The notes beneath the pieces were generated by a model that was not told the DNA's origin, made no database searches, and was given only the letters and a program-made list of their open reading frames with translations. A program made the position numbers and the translations under genes. DNA of 64,000 bases, from the IMG/VR virus record IMGVR_UViG_3300040796_000034, positions 1 to 64,000 of that record. One strand, given 5' to 3'. Origin of the DNA: a virus. Below are positions 47,064 through 59,700 of the stretch, in pieces. Position 1 is the first letter of the stretch; every line of letters begins with the position of its first letter.

Positions 47064-49076
47064 ATGTTTGACCAATTTAAAGAAGCCTATCTTGACTATT
47101 ACAACACTCATTTACGACTACAGCAGTTTTTTAAGGTAGATGTAGATACAGATTTGTTATGGGATACCTATTTAGACTGTTTTCCTATAGAAGAAAAGCA
47201 GCATCATAACTGTTCAGCTTGTAAATACTTTATTAGAAATTACAGTAATCTTGTAACTATTGACAAAGACTGTGTTGTACGCAGTATTTGGGATGTACAA
47301 CCGTTGGTAGAGATACACCCAATCTTTAGTAAAGTATTACAAAGACTAGCTGTTGAAATATATAAGCATCCGATTAAAGATGTTTTTGTGACAGATACAA
47401 CTAAGCTTGGTGTTGACCATAACTACCAATTACTAGAGGACAAAACTTCTATACGGTGGGAACATCTATTTATTACGATTCCCAAAGAAAGTATTCAACT
47501 GGTTAAGCACTATGAAGAGATAAATCCTAAACAAGCGGCGTATAGAGACCTTCAGAGTGTCTTTAAAAGAGGTTTAGATGAGATTAGCCTGGAAACAGTT
47601 AACACTGTCTTAGATTTGATTTATGACAACAATCTGTATCGTGGTGAAGAGTTTAAATCTACTCTTGAGTCTTGGAAAAAATTAAAGACCGAGTATGAAG
47701 TAGTACATGAAGATAATAAAGTTAACTTTACTTGGTCAAAGATTTTACACACTCCTGCTACAGTATTACGATTAAGGAATAGTAGTATAGGAACTCTTTT
47801 AGTTGATATAGAGAAGTCAGAAAACATGGATGCGGCTGTAAGTAAGTTTGAGGCGTTAATGGCTCCTACGAATTATAAAAGACCTAAAGCATTAATTACT
47901 CCTCAGATGATTAAATCTGCTAAGGAACGTTTAACTGAGTTAGGTATCTTAGATTCATTACAACGGACTTTAGTAACTTCAAAAGATGTACCTGTTAAAG
48001 ATTTAATTTATCTGAATAGAGATAAGCCTAGTGATAACATTTTCGATATACTGGATAACGATGTACAACATAACCCATCTAAGCTAAAAACAAAAAAGAT
48101 TGGCTTATCAGACTTCTTAACAAAAGTTTTACCCAAATCAAGTAAAGTAGAAGTCTTATTTGAAAGGAAACACATTAGCAACTTAGTGTCTCTTGTAGGC
48201 CCTTCAGTAGAAGATTCACCTAATATCTTTAAATGGGATAACCCTTACAGTTGGACGTATCACAACGGTCTAAGCGATTCAATAAAAGAAAAAGTAAAAC
48301 AGGCTGGTGGGGAGACTGATGGCTATTTAAGGGTTTCATTAGGTTGGTCAAATTACGATGACTTAGACCTTCATATACTTGAACCAGGTCGCATTAAAAT
48401 CTATTACAGGAATAAGACATCTTGTAAAACAGGTGGTAAGCTTGATGTAGATATGAATGCAGGGGGAGGATATACTCGTACACCTGTAGAAAATATAATT
48501 TACCCTTCACAAAAAAAGATGACTGAAGGGGCTTATCTTGTAAGCGTTCACCAATTTTGTAAAAGAGAGACTAAAGACACTGGCTTCACTGTAGAAATTG
48601 AAGTAGGAAATCAATTTTATTCTTTTTCACAAAAAGACTCTCCTAAAGATTTAGCTTATGTAGATGTTGCTAAAATTTACTATTGTAGTAAAAGTGGTGA
48701 AATAACAATAAAGCCTCTTATTGATTCAGAAAGTAATATCTGTACAAGCAATGAGTGGGGTATAGACACTTACAAGTTTCACAAAGTTAATGAAATATGT
48801 TACTCACCTAATTACTGGGACAATGAAATAGGTAATAAACACATCTTCTTTTTCCTGGAAGGTTGTACAAATCAAGATGTATCAATAAGACCTTTCTTTA
48901 ATGAGTATCTTAAAAATGAGTATATGAATGATAAACGAGTCTTTGAAGTATTAGCTAATAGATTAGATGTACAACGAGTAAATAAAGAACTCTCTGGTCT
49001 AGGCTTTTCACTTACTCAAGATAATAATTTAATAGTCCGAGTAGATAGTAAACTGTACACAATTAACATCAAGTAA
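47064..49076 (+). CDS. conserved phage protein with CxxC and a YfaP/DUF2135-like domain
   Basis: HNCSACKYFI; SLGW..DDLDLH..EP..I.Y..GGKLDVDMN..PVENI. Confidence 0.6.
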   Translation: MFDQFKEAYLDYYNTHLRLQQFFKVDVDTDLLWDTYLDCFPIEEKQHHNCSACKYFIRNYSNLVTIDKDCVVRSIWDVQPLVEIHPIFSKVLQRLAVEIYKHPIKDVFVTDTTKLGVDHNYQLLEDKTSIRWEHLFITIPKESIQLVKHYEEINPKQAAYRDLQSVFKRGLDEISLETVNTVLDLIYDNNLYRGEEFKSTLESWKKLKTEYEVVHEDNKVNFTWSKILHTPATVLRLRNSSIGTLLVDIEKSENMDAAVSKFEALMAPTNYKRPKALITPQMIKSAKERLTELGILDSLQRTLVTSKDVPVKDLIYLNRDKPSDNIFDILDNDVQHNPSKLKTKKIGLSDFLTKVLPKSSKVEVLFERKHISNLVSLVGPSVEDSPNIFKWDNPYSWTYHNGLSDSIKEKVKQAGGETDGYLRVSLGWSNYDDLDLHILEPGRIKIYYRNKTSCKTGGKLDVDMNAGGGYTRTPVENIIYPSQKKMTEGAYLVSVHQFCKRETKDTGFTVEIEVGNQFYSFSQKDSPKDLAYVDVAKIYYCSKSGEITIKPLIDSESNICTSNEWGIDTYKFHKVNEICYSPNYWDNEIGNKHIFFFLEGCTNQDVSIRPFFNEYLKNEYMNDKRVFEVLANRLDVQRVNKELSGLGFSLTQDNNLIVRVDSKLYTINIK

Positions 49077-49077
49077 T

Positions 49078-49461
49078 ATGACTGACAATATCTTTTTCCT
49101 AGCTTGTTTAAATGAGTTTCGATATAATTGGAATACAGCTTCTTTTGATACAGAAGACTTGTTTAAAATTCCTCTAAAAACCTTAGATGCAGTAGCCGTT
49201 TCTCTGTATGAGGAGCTAAATAAAAGCAATGTATCCTTCATTAAGGACGTAAGCTCTGAGAATGAGTTACTTGCTCTAAAGCTTGACGTCGTGAAACAAG
49301 TAATTAAGTATCGACTTCAGTTAAAGGAAGAGGCTGAAACTGCAAAAGTGAATGCAAACAAACGTCAAGAAATCTTGGCGGTATTACACGATATGCAGAA
49401 AAATAAGCTACATTCTAAAACAGAAGAAGAGTTACTTGAGATGCTTAAGACTCTTGATTAG
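49078..49461 (+). CDS. helical coiled-coil partner of 47064..49076
   Basis: TEDLF.IPL..LD.VA..L..E, SFI, LKLDVVK.VI, EEL; 1-bp gap. Confidence 0.55.
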   Translation: MTDNIFFLACLNEFRYNWNTASFDTEDLFKIPLKTLDAVAVSLYEELNKSNVSFIKDVSSENELLALKLDVVKQVIKYRLQLKEEAETAKVNANKRQEILAVLHDMQKNKLHSKTEEELLEMLKTLD

Positions 49462-49994
49462 TTAATCCTTCTACCATATTCTATAAACGTTAATGTAAAC
49501 GACATAATGTAGAACGGTATTTCTAAACCAACTTGAGGATTCATTGAACCGGAATACTGAACAGGGAATAAGATAATACCTTCCCTGTTTGTGTACCCGG
49601 TTTGTAAATCCAAAGGTTCTGGTTTTACATAATCCTTAATTAATATAGTTTCACGATTTTTAATACAGTCTTGACCAATAAGTGATACAATCTCTGCTAA
49701 TTCAAAATAAGGGTATTCTAGTAAAACATTAAAACCTCGTCTAACTGTACTGTATGTAAGATATGAACCATTACCCGTACTGTTTAACGTAGAAGCTGAC
49801 CCTTGGTTCGCATCATTATATTTTTCAGGGTCAACGTAAAAACAAATATAGTCTTCACCTTCTATTGTTTCAAGTAATTCATCTTTAAAACCTTCAGGGT
49901 CTTGTACCACAGCTTCATTAAATACACTATTTCTTAAGTATTGAGCTTTATCTTGTATTTTAATTTTACGATAGGGTGAACAATTAGTTGGCAT
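49458..49994 (-). CDS. putative tail protein (distal-tail position)
   Basis: Downstream of the tape measure; ends FTLTFIE. Confidence 0.4.
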   Translation of the reverse strand: MPTNCSPYRKIKIQDKAQYLRNSVFNEAVVQDPEGFKDELLETIEGEDYICFYVDPEKYNDANQGSASTLNSTGNGSYLTYSTVRRGFNVLLEYPYFELAEIVSLIGQDCIKNRETILIKDYVKPEPLDLQTGYTNREGIILFPVQYSGSMNPQVGLEIPFYIMSFTLTFIEYGRRIN

Positions 49995-50787
49995 CTGTTA
50001 TCTCACTAATTTTTAATTTATTATTTAATATTTGTTCAGTCTTTTCATCTAAAACATCTGTAAATTCTAGGTCACAAAATAGACTACAATCAGGTATGTC
50101 AATCTTAGGTAAACGACCTGTACCAGGTTTTAAATCTTTAAGAAACACACCTTTAATACAAGAGTGTCCTTTACTTTTCTCTAATTCAGACATCTTATCA
50201 AAAGTTTCTGGAAACAACTCTCTTATTAAATTCCAGTACCCCATACCACCTTTAACACAACCTACACAGTTATTGTTGTTAAAACCTAGTTGATACATCT
50301 TAGGTATTTCAATACCCTCTTTTAGTAAAATTTTAAGACAACTTTTTTTAGTTAACTTCTCCTCAATTAATGGAAATAAAGGTCTAGTATTAGGGTGCTG
50401 TTCGACAAAACGTATAGCTCTATTTATTTCACTTTTTGAGTATTCAAACCCAAAGACTTGATTAGTGAACTCATTTTCTTTTTCAAAATGTACTCTAACA
50501 TCTTTTTTTAAATAAGTTGTACAAGGCGCACCTCTAGGCCCGTTTACATACGACCTAGTACCTCTTTTGATTGCGTCAAACTGGTCAGTGTATTTTAAAC
50601 TTTTAATCGTTTCAATTTTTTTACCGTACCAGTCTTCACAATCTTTTTTAAACCTTTCATTATCAGGATGTGCAGTGTCAATATGAATATATACTGCGCG
50701 AACGTTATCTATGGAATATTTATCAAAAGCAAGTTTACAAGCAACAGCACTTGTAACACCTGCTGACCACCAAGCTATTATTTTCAT
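49984..50787 (-). CDS. PAPS reductase-like (HUP/PP-loop) protein
   Basis: WWSAGVTSAVA, HPDNERF, GAPCT..LKK, NNNCVGCVKG, CSLFC. Confidence 0.75.
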   Translation of the reverse strand: MKIIAWWSAGVTSAVACKLAFDKYSIDNVRAVYIHIDTAHPDNERFKKDCEDWYGKKIETIKSLKYTDQFDAIKRGTRSYVNGPRGAPCTTYLKKDVRVHFEKENEFTNQVFGFEYSKSEINRAIRFVEQHPNTRPLFPLIEEKLTKKSCLKILLKEGIEIPKMYQLGFNNNNCVGCVKGGMGYWNLIRELFPETFDKMSELEKSKGHSCIKGVFLKDLKPGTGRLPKIDIPDCSLFCDLEFTDVLDEKTEQILNNKLKISEITDAN

Positions 50788-53700
50788 TTACAATCTTTTT
50801 TGAACTTCCTCAATTACATTATAGAACTGATTGTTAAAGTTAGGTATATTCTTAGCTTCTTCAGTCATTGTAATTGGTGAGTTAATCGTAATGTTATTTT
50901 CTTTCTTGTCTTTAAGTAAGTCTCGAATCTCCTCTAATGTATGTGTCTGTCTAGCTATTACCTTTTCACTGTCTTTTCTAGTTTCATTAGACATCGTAGA
51001 TTTAGATTCTTTATTAATTAAAGAACGCATTTCATCAATATCTGGGATATTTGTTTTTAAAAGATTATAAGAACGGTTGTCATATTTTTTTTGGTCTTCT
51101 GCATAAGAAGAAGGCATATCATCTAAAAGACCTCGCTCCTTAGCTAATTTAGCATCGTCTTGTACTTTTTTTGCTATTTCATCTTTAGTCCAAACTTTTT
51201 TGATTTGGTCTTTTCTATTAAAACCACCGAGACGATGCCAAACATCTAAAGACTCTAACTCTAGTTTAGTCTGCCTCATATCATAAAAAGACCTCTCTAC
51301 CTCAGATAATTGGTCTGGGTTAAAATTAAGACTAGCCATAGCCTTATCAATTTTTTCATATATCTGCTTAGTAATATTATCAACAAATTGTGAATTATTC
51401 TCTTTAACTACAGTAGCCTGTCTTTCAATTATTGCGGTTTGATTTTCAATATTTTTAACTAACTTTCGTTCACCCTCTGTCATGTTTTCGGGAGAGAACC
51501 GATTTATGGCAGATGTCTGATTTTCAATATTTTCAGTAACCTTCTCTGGTATTAATTTACTTAGAATCTCTGTCTGATTTTTAAGTATTGGTGTCTGGCT
51601 CTGAATAGCTGTTACGATTTCTTTAGTAACTATCTCAGCATTTGATTCAGATAAACTCTTAGAGTAAACTTCTAAATCTTTTTTAAGACTTTCTGTTATG
51701 TCTTTTCTTTCTGGTAGTTTTAAACTAAAATCTGATAACTCTCTAAGCTGTTTAAGAAGTCTGTCTTCGGATTTATCTCTAAGTTTATTAGCCTCTCTAC
51801 GAACTCTTGCATCATCTTTACTTGACTTAGTAAATTTAGCTTTCTCACCTTCAAGCTGTAACCTCTCTTGGTCTTGCTGAAAATCTAACTGACCTACTCT
51901 TTGTCGGTCTAAATTAGCTTCTAATGCCTGTTGTTTTTGGATAACGTCATAGAGTTCCTTTTGACTATTTAAAGTCTGTACAGCAGCTTCTACAGTGAGT
52001 CTAGCAGCTTCCTTATCCTCTTCAGAAGAGTTTCTGTTTGCTTGAATCTTTTTCTCTTCAATAATTGCTAATCTTACAGCGGCTTCAGACCGTATTAACT
52101 CTGTCTCTTTTTCAATAAGCTGTCTTTGTCTAGCAAGCTCGTTTCTCTTTAACTCAAACTTAAGTTGTTTATCTTGAATTTCTTGAACTATATCTAGTCG
52201 TTTAAGCTCACCATCAAGTCTTTGCCTTTCAAGAGTACGACTACGCACTTCTGTTTTTACTAAAGACTTTTCTAAATTAAATAGGTTAGCAATACCTGAA
52301 GTAAGAATATCAATACTATTTTGTTGAGACGCAATTAGCTTATCTTGTAAACCTAAAGTAGCATCTAATACCTGATTCATGTCAGTGTATTTTTGAAGTG
52401 AAATAGAAATACTTTGTTGTCTAAGTTTTTCTAAAGATATCTGCTTATCTAACCTAGCAATAACCTCCCGGTTTTTAGCAATCTCAAGGTCTAGTAAACC
52501 ACGTTCACCTACAAGTTCCCTTCTCTGTTGGATAATTAATTGTTCATTTTTAATCTGCCTTTCTTGTAAGATTAGTTGCTCATTCTTTATTTCACTTTCT
52601 TTATCTAATAGAGATAAGTTTTGCTCAATTTGTTTTAATTGAACTTCTAATAATTCAATATCTTCTTTAGATTTATTAAATATTTCAGCTTTTTTAATCT
52701 CAAGCTCTATACTAATTTTTTGAGAATTAAGCTGTAACTCTTGTAACTGCTGTTCAGCTATAATAGATTTTTTCTGTAACTCAAGACTTTGTTTTTGATT
52801 TTCTAATTTACGGTCTTCTATATCTAAAGACTTAAGTTGTATCTCATTTTGTCTTTGTACAAGCTGTGTATTTATTTCAGCTTTCTTAACCCGGTCAGTT
52901 TCTCTATCTATGACAAGTTGAAGTCTTTCTCGCTCTAGTGAAAGTAAACTTTGTTCATACTCAAAACCAATTTCTTTCTCTTGTTGTAATAATCTAATTT
53001 GTTTAATTTCTAATTTAAGTAGTTGAATCTTATACTCTTGGGTAACTTTAAACTTTTCAAAAGCAAGCTGCTCTTGTTTAATTTGTTTCTCAAGTGCCTG
53101 GATTTTAACATCTTGAACTATCTTTGCAAATTCAGTTTCTAATCTTTCTTTTTCTTGTAAAAGTTTGGTATGTTCTACATTACCTTTTTTAAATGTCTTT
53201 GAAAGTTTTTCATTAGCCGCTAATTCTTCTTTAATCTTTGACTGCTTTAGTGCTGAAATTTTATTCAAATAGTTCTCATAAGAGATAGTGTCTTGAATAT
53301 AAGCTTTCTCCACTTCTGCTATTTCTAAATTGATTAACTGAACTCGTTCATCTTTAGCAGCTTCAAGTGTTTGCCTTTTTTGCTCTAAATGATTTTTTAA
53401 TAATTCCGTTTCTAAAATATTAATTTCTTTCTGTGTCTTAAGATACTCTTCACTACCTTTAATAGTTAGCTTAAGTTTAGCTTTTAGATACTGTATCTGT
53501 ATTTTAATCTTCTCATTGGCTAAGTTTTGCTCCTCTGCTAAGAGTTCTAAATTACTTCCTTTAGTTCTTTTTAAGGATAATGCAGCTTCTTCAATCTCTA
53601 CCTTATAAATTTTTTTACGATACTCTCTATCAAGTGTCTGGATTTTAACATCTTGAATTGTTTTTGCGGACTTAGTTTCTAATTCCTCTCTTTCTTGTAA

Positions 53701-56700
53701 AAGTTTAATATGTTCTACACTATTCTTTTTAAATGTCTCTGAAAGTTCTTTATTAGCCGCTAATTCTTCTTTAATTTTTGACCGTCTTAATGCTGAGATT
53801 TTGTTTAGATAGTTTTCATAAGAAATAATGCCTTTAACATAAGCTTTCTCCACTTCTGCTATTTCAAGATTAATTAGTTGAACTCGTTCATTTTTAGCGG
53901 CTTCAGTCATTCGTCTTTTTTGTTCTAAATGACCTTTTAATAACTTTGTCTCTAAAAAATTAATCTCTTTCTGTGTATTAAAATACTCTTCACTATCTTT
54001 TACCGCTAAGTTAAGTTTGGCTTTTAGATACTGTATCTGTATTTTAATTTTTTCATTAGCTAAGTTTTGTTCTTCTGCTAAAAGTTTTAGATTATTTCCT
54101 TTAGCTCTCTCTAAGGCTAGTTCAGCTTCTTTAATCTCTATCTTATTAGTTTTTTGACGATACTCTCTATCAAGTTTTTCCTGTTCAAACCGTTTATCAC
54201 TATTTAGTAACTGAGATTCTTTTTCTGCAATCTCTTTTAGTAAATTAAGACGTTCTATACTACCTTTTTTAAGAGTCTTTAGTCTAATCTTTTGATACTC
54301 AATATCGTTTTCTAAAATAGTATTTTGTAATTCTTTACTTTTTTGTAAATAAATATTTTCAGAAAGATTTTCTTTTAAGTATTTTTTTTCTAACTCAGCT
54401 TGTTCTAAATTAAAGTTTGCAACTCTTTTCTGCATATAAAACTTAGAAAGTTCAAGACTTTCCTTTTCAGCTAATTCAGCTAAATCTAATCTAGTTTTAT
54501 GTAATTGAGCATCTAGTTCAAGATATTCGTCGGAACCCTCTTGTAGCGCAACAAGTCTCTTTTCTAACGTATCTTTATCAATCTCTAAAGACCTTCTGTT
54601 TTGTTCAAATCTTTGTTTAAAAAGTTCCTCAGTAGTACCATTGTTTATTTCAATTTCTAATTCAGACTGCTCTTTTCGTAGTTCAATAATACGTTTAGTT
54701 TTATCCCGTTCAATATTTTGAATCTGTTTATCTCTATACAGCTTTTGTTTCTCAAAAGTATTCTCAAGTAACTCTAGTTGAATCTCTTTTCGTTTATCTG
54801 CATTATTTCTATATAAACCAAGTTCTTTAAGTAAACCTTGACGAGCTATCTCCAGTTTCTTTTCTTGCAATTTAAACTCTTTATCTAATTCACTACTGTC
54901 AGAGCCGTCTAACATAGCTTGCTGACTTTGAATAAGCTGTTTTTGAAGTGCTGAATTTTTTAACCGTACTTGTTCTTCAATTCTCTTTTTATTTAGTTCC
55001 AATATAGTACGATTTTTCTCAATTTCTAAATCTTTTATTGCTTGAACAATTGCAGCATACTTTTCTTTATATAACTCATCTTCTTTATCTAAAGATGCAA
55101 GAGTTTCTTTTTTCTCTCTAATTAAGTTGACATAGTATTTAGTCTCTAATCGTGAAATATTATCTAAGTAAGTCTGTCTAGTTACTATACCTGACTCAAG
55201 ATTGTCTTGTAAATCTTTCTTCTCTCGGTCTATTAAAATTTGTCGAAGTTTAGTTACTCTATCTTGTTCCTGTATCTGTAGTTTAAGTCTGAGATTGATA
55301 AGTTCTTGTTCAGCTTTTTGTACATAAACACTCTCTTCTGAATAAGATTTTTTAAGAGTTTCTATTTCAGCTTCTTTTACTTCAATAAATTTTTTAGTAA
55401 CTAACTCTTGTAAATCAAATGTTTGTTTTGCATAGGTCTGTTCTAGTAAAAGTTTCTGATTAAATAAGCTTTCATACTTCTCAATACGCAACTTGTTTAA
55501 CAGGGTTTCCTCTTGACCAATATTTTTCTGAATATTTAATACCTGTTCTTGTAAAGCTTTATAGACTTCAGGTTCAATATACTGTTTAATTTCTTCAGTG
55601 AAAATAGATAGTCTTTGTACAGCTTCTTTAGATGTAATTTCCCCGGCAGCGTTAAGTTCTCTGATGTTATTTAAGTAACTATTAATCTGAGAGTTAAACT
55701 TTTGAGGGTCAATCTCTTCAAAAGAAAATGTTTTAACTAATTCAACTCCAATATCCTTAAGATTACTAATTAGCTCTTCTTTATTTTCACCGTTAATACT
55801 TTCATAGATTTTGTCAAGTTTTTCTGTAGGAATATCTGAAATAGCTATACCTAACTGTTTAAACTCTTGAGCTAATGATTCTCTAGTGACCTTTATTCGC
55901 CCGTTTAATAAGCCGTCAACTAAGTTTTTAACTTCTGTATCAACGTAAGATGTTTGACCCTCTATAACAGCACTAATCTTTGACAAGGTATTATCTAATT
56001 GAGCTTCCAACTTATCACTTTCAGTATTTAGTGAAGTAATAAAAGAAGTTACGCCTAAGTTATCTTCATTAGTATTTAAGAATTTTCTACGAGTTTCTTT
56101 ATACCTGTCTTCCATAACCTGTACAGAAGTAATGATTGACTTAAATGTGTCTGTATTAATATTTTTAAGTACATTACTATTTTTTAGATATAGCTCTTCT
56201 AAATTCGCTGCAATCCTCTCAACATCCTCTTGATTCTTAGCTCCTAAACTATTTAATAGAGGTTTGTATTCATCAATAGATGCTAATAATTCAGCTATTT
56301 TAATTTTTTGACCGTCAATCTGTTCGCCCGACAAAGCTTTAGTCAATGTATTAAACGCCTCTTGATTTATTTTAAGAGTTTCTTGACCTTCTTCATTAAC
56401 AGATACAAGGTCTGTTTTTAAATCAGTTAATGTTTGTTTAAGTACAATAGAACCGTCATTAACACTTTTAATAAAATCTGTACTATTATTAACGATTTTA
56501 TTTTGATACAAGCTAAAACTAGACTGTATTTCGTTATTTAGTTCATAGTTAAGGTTTTGTAAACTATTTTTTGTATTGTCTAATTCATTTACAGAGATAA
56601 CTTCGTTTTGAGTGTCTTTAAGTGTATCTAAATATTGGTTTCTTACTTTTAGGTATTTTTCTTGCTCTTTATATGTTTCAATACTTACTCTTTTCAACTC

Positions 56701-59700
56701 TTCAAGTGTTTGAATTTTTGCACGAGTCATATCTAACTCAGCCTTTTCTAAATCAGTCATTTTCTTACCTTTGTCTTCTAAAATCTGAACTCGTTGCTCT
56801 TGTACAGCTATAGAATTTTCTACAAACTTAATCCTTTGTTTATGTATCTTCTCTTCACGGTTAAAATCCTCAGCAGTTAATAAGATTTTTTCTTTAATTT
56901 TTTCATTAGTTATTTCTGATAAAGGTACACCTTCTCTCATTAACTTATTCTGTTTAATTATTTGAAGATTGCCTCTATGTAAAGAATCTTCTAAATCAGC
57001 AAATACTTCAGCCCTTTTACTATAGCCAGACAACCTAGCTTGCCAGTCTTTAATACCTAACATTTTTGTTAAGCTATTACCGACATCACCGTAAGTTACC
57101 ACCTCTTTATTAAAATTTTTTAACTTCTTATCAGCATCTACTAATCTATCTGAGAGTTTAAGTAAAGTCTTTTCGCTACGATTGTAAGCAAGACCGAGGT
57201 TATCCATATTACTTACATGGTCTTTTACATCTTTACTTAGTTCTTTATAAGTCTCTTTAAGCTCGTTATTCTTACTTATAAGAGAACCTATTTTCATAAT
57301 AAGCCCCATTACGACCGTTAGAACTGCCATAGAAGCAATTGTTGACATAAGACCTGCAACAGCTAATCCAGCACCCTTAATAGCTCCAGAAAGCCCTCCA
57401 AACTTAATCTTTAAAAAATCAACTGCTTTAGCTATAAAAGGAAATTTTGTAAGAATACTTTTAGTGAATAGGCTAATCTTTGTTTGTGCCGTCTGTGCTT
57501 TAGTTGATAGAAATGTAAAACCTTTACCAACTTTAAGTAACCAAGGAAACTTTTTAATCAAAGACGCTGTAGTGGCATCTATTTGATTTTTCACAAAGCC
57601 CATTATTTTAGCATTAGTTTTATGTATGATATTATTTCTTACAATTACTTCATTGCCAAAAACCATGATTTTAGTTAACTTACCTTGAGCTAACCCTTCC
57701 TCCTGTATAGCTATTTTTTTAGCTCGTGAAAGATTAAGAGAAGTTTGTTTAACTACATTTTGTTGAGCTTCAAGTTCCGTGTTTACTTGTGTTAATTGAT
57801 TTGTTAACCTCTGTATATTCCACTCATTTTTATTAACTTCGAGTTTTGCTTTATCAAGTTGTATAGACAAAGCTTTTTGAGTGTTTTGTAAACGAATTAA
57901 TTGAGCTTGTTCAAAATCCTGTTTAATTTGTGCAGCGCTTAAGTTTAAATATACTTGTTTAATATTATTTACTTGCGTATCGACTTTAGCAGACACACCT
58001 TTTTTAATAGCTCCTAGTTCTTTAAGCTGTTTAATTTCTATATCTCTTTGTATTCTCAACATTTCTCGAAGTTTTCTCTCTTTCTCTAATTGAATTTGAG
58101 TAAGATTTTGTTGAGAACGCATCTCTTTTCTTTGAGCGCTAGTTAAATTCGCGTCGTTAGCTAGTTGGTCTTTTGAACGAGCTAATCTTTCATTTAGGTC
58201 AGCACTTCTGTTACTACTAGCCCCTATATCTTTTGCAACTGCTATAACACGACCCTTCTGTTTATTGTATTTCTCCGTAGCTTTTGTCATACCAGTTCTT
58301 TGAAGTATCTGTGTATGAGTAAACGTACCTTTAACAGCGGCATCTAATTCTTTTTGAGCATCTTTAGATAGTTTAGCTGTCTGTACAATGCCTAAGTTAA
58401 TATCAGTGACAATACCTTTTTGCTTTAATAAAGTTTGGTTAACACTTGTTAAAACTCTTCTATGCTCTTGATTAACTCCTACAAGATGTCCTAATACTTT
58501 TAACCAACCATGTTTTTCTTTTATTAAGCTTTTAATTAATTTTGTCTGGTCTAATATACCTGCATTGGTTGTACCGAAAAATTTATTTGAAATACTATTA
58601 AAGACAACTGTGAAAGCTTTAAAAGATAAAATAGTAGTGAAGGTACTAAACAGTGCTTTTCCTATAGCTACAATTGTACCCGTAACTTTACCAATCTTTT
58701 CTACAACTATTGCTAAGTTCTTTGCTAATTCAATTACTAAATCTTTATTCTCTAAGATAATATTTCTAATAGAAAAAGCACTTTCTTCATAACGTTCAAG
58801 ATATTTATTTTGCTGTTCCGAAAAAGCTTTACCAAAAGAAATCAATAGCTCGTTATATGAGTTTTGAATTGCTTGAAATTTTTTCTCTGTTGATTGAGCG
58901 ATATTCTCAAAAGCTTCATCTAACGTACCTGTTGTAGTAGCATTTATCTGTTCAAGGTTATCTACGAAACTGTTTGCTTCATCATTTGTTAAAGCAATAG
59001 CAGCTTTAAAAGCATTCATTTCTGGGAATAACTCTCTTAGCTTTTCAATATTCCCACCAAGAGCTTTACTTAACTGTTGTAGCTTAGGTCCAAAGTTAGA
59101 TAGGTCATCAAAAGTTACTCCAAGCTCTCTTAATATTTTTTTCTGTTCCGGTCCCATAGAGAGGACTGAGTTAATAAAGCTGTTTAAAGCGGTTACAGAG
59201 GGCGCTGTAGGCATACCAGAGGTTGTTAACGTATCAACCGATGCAAGTACGTCCTCAAACTCTAACCCGGCGGCTTTAGCTGAGGTAAATGCCTGGGGTA
59301 AAATATCTTGAGCTTCTTTAACAGAAGTTAAACGCAACTGTTCCATCTTCAGTAATTTAGCTGCGACATCTCCCGCCTCTTCACCACCTTTGTCAAAACT
59401 TCTAAGACTTTTAATAATAAGACCACCTACCCCAAACTTATCCGGGGAGCTTGCACCGACGGATAGTTTCTCAATAGATTCTAAAATGCTTAAGTTTTCC
59501 TTCATATCACTAAATTCACCAGAAGCAACTTGATAAGAGATAGCTAGTGAATCAATAGAGGATGTTAGGTTTTTTAAAGGGCCATCAACAGTTTTTTGTA
59601 ACTCATTACCGTATTCTTTTAAGACTGATTTAGATGCACCAAAGATTGTATTAAATTGATTTAAACTTGCTTCAAATTGGTCAAATGCAACTAAGGATTT

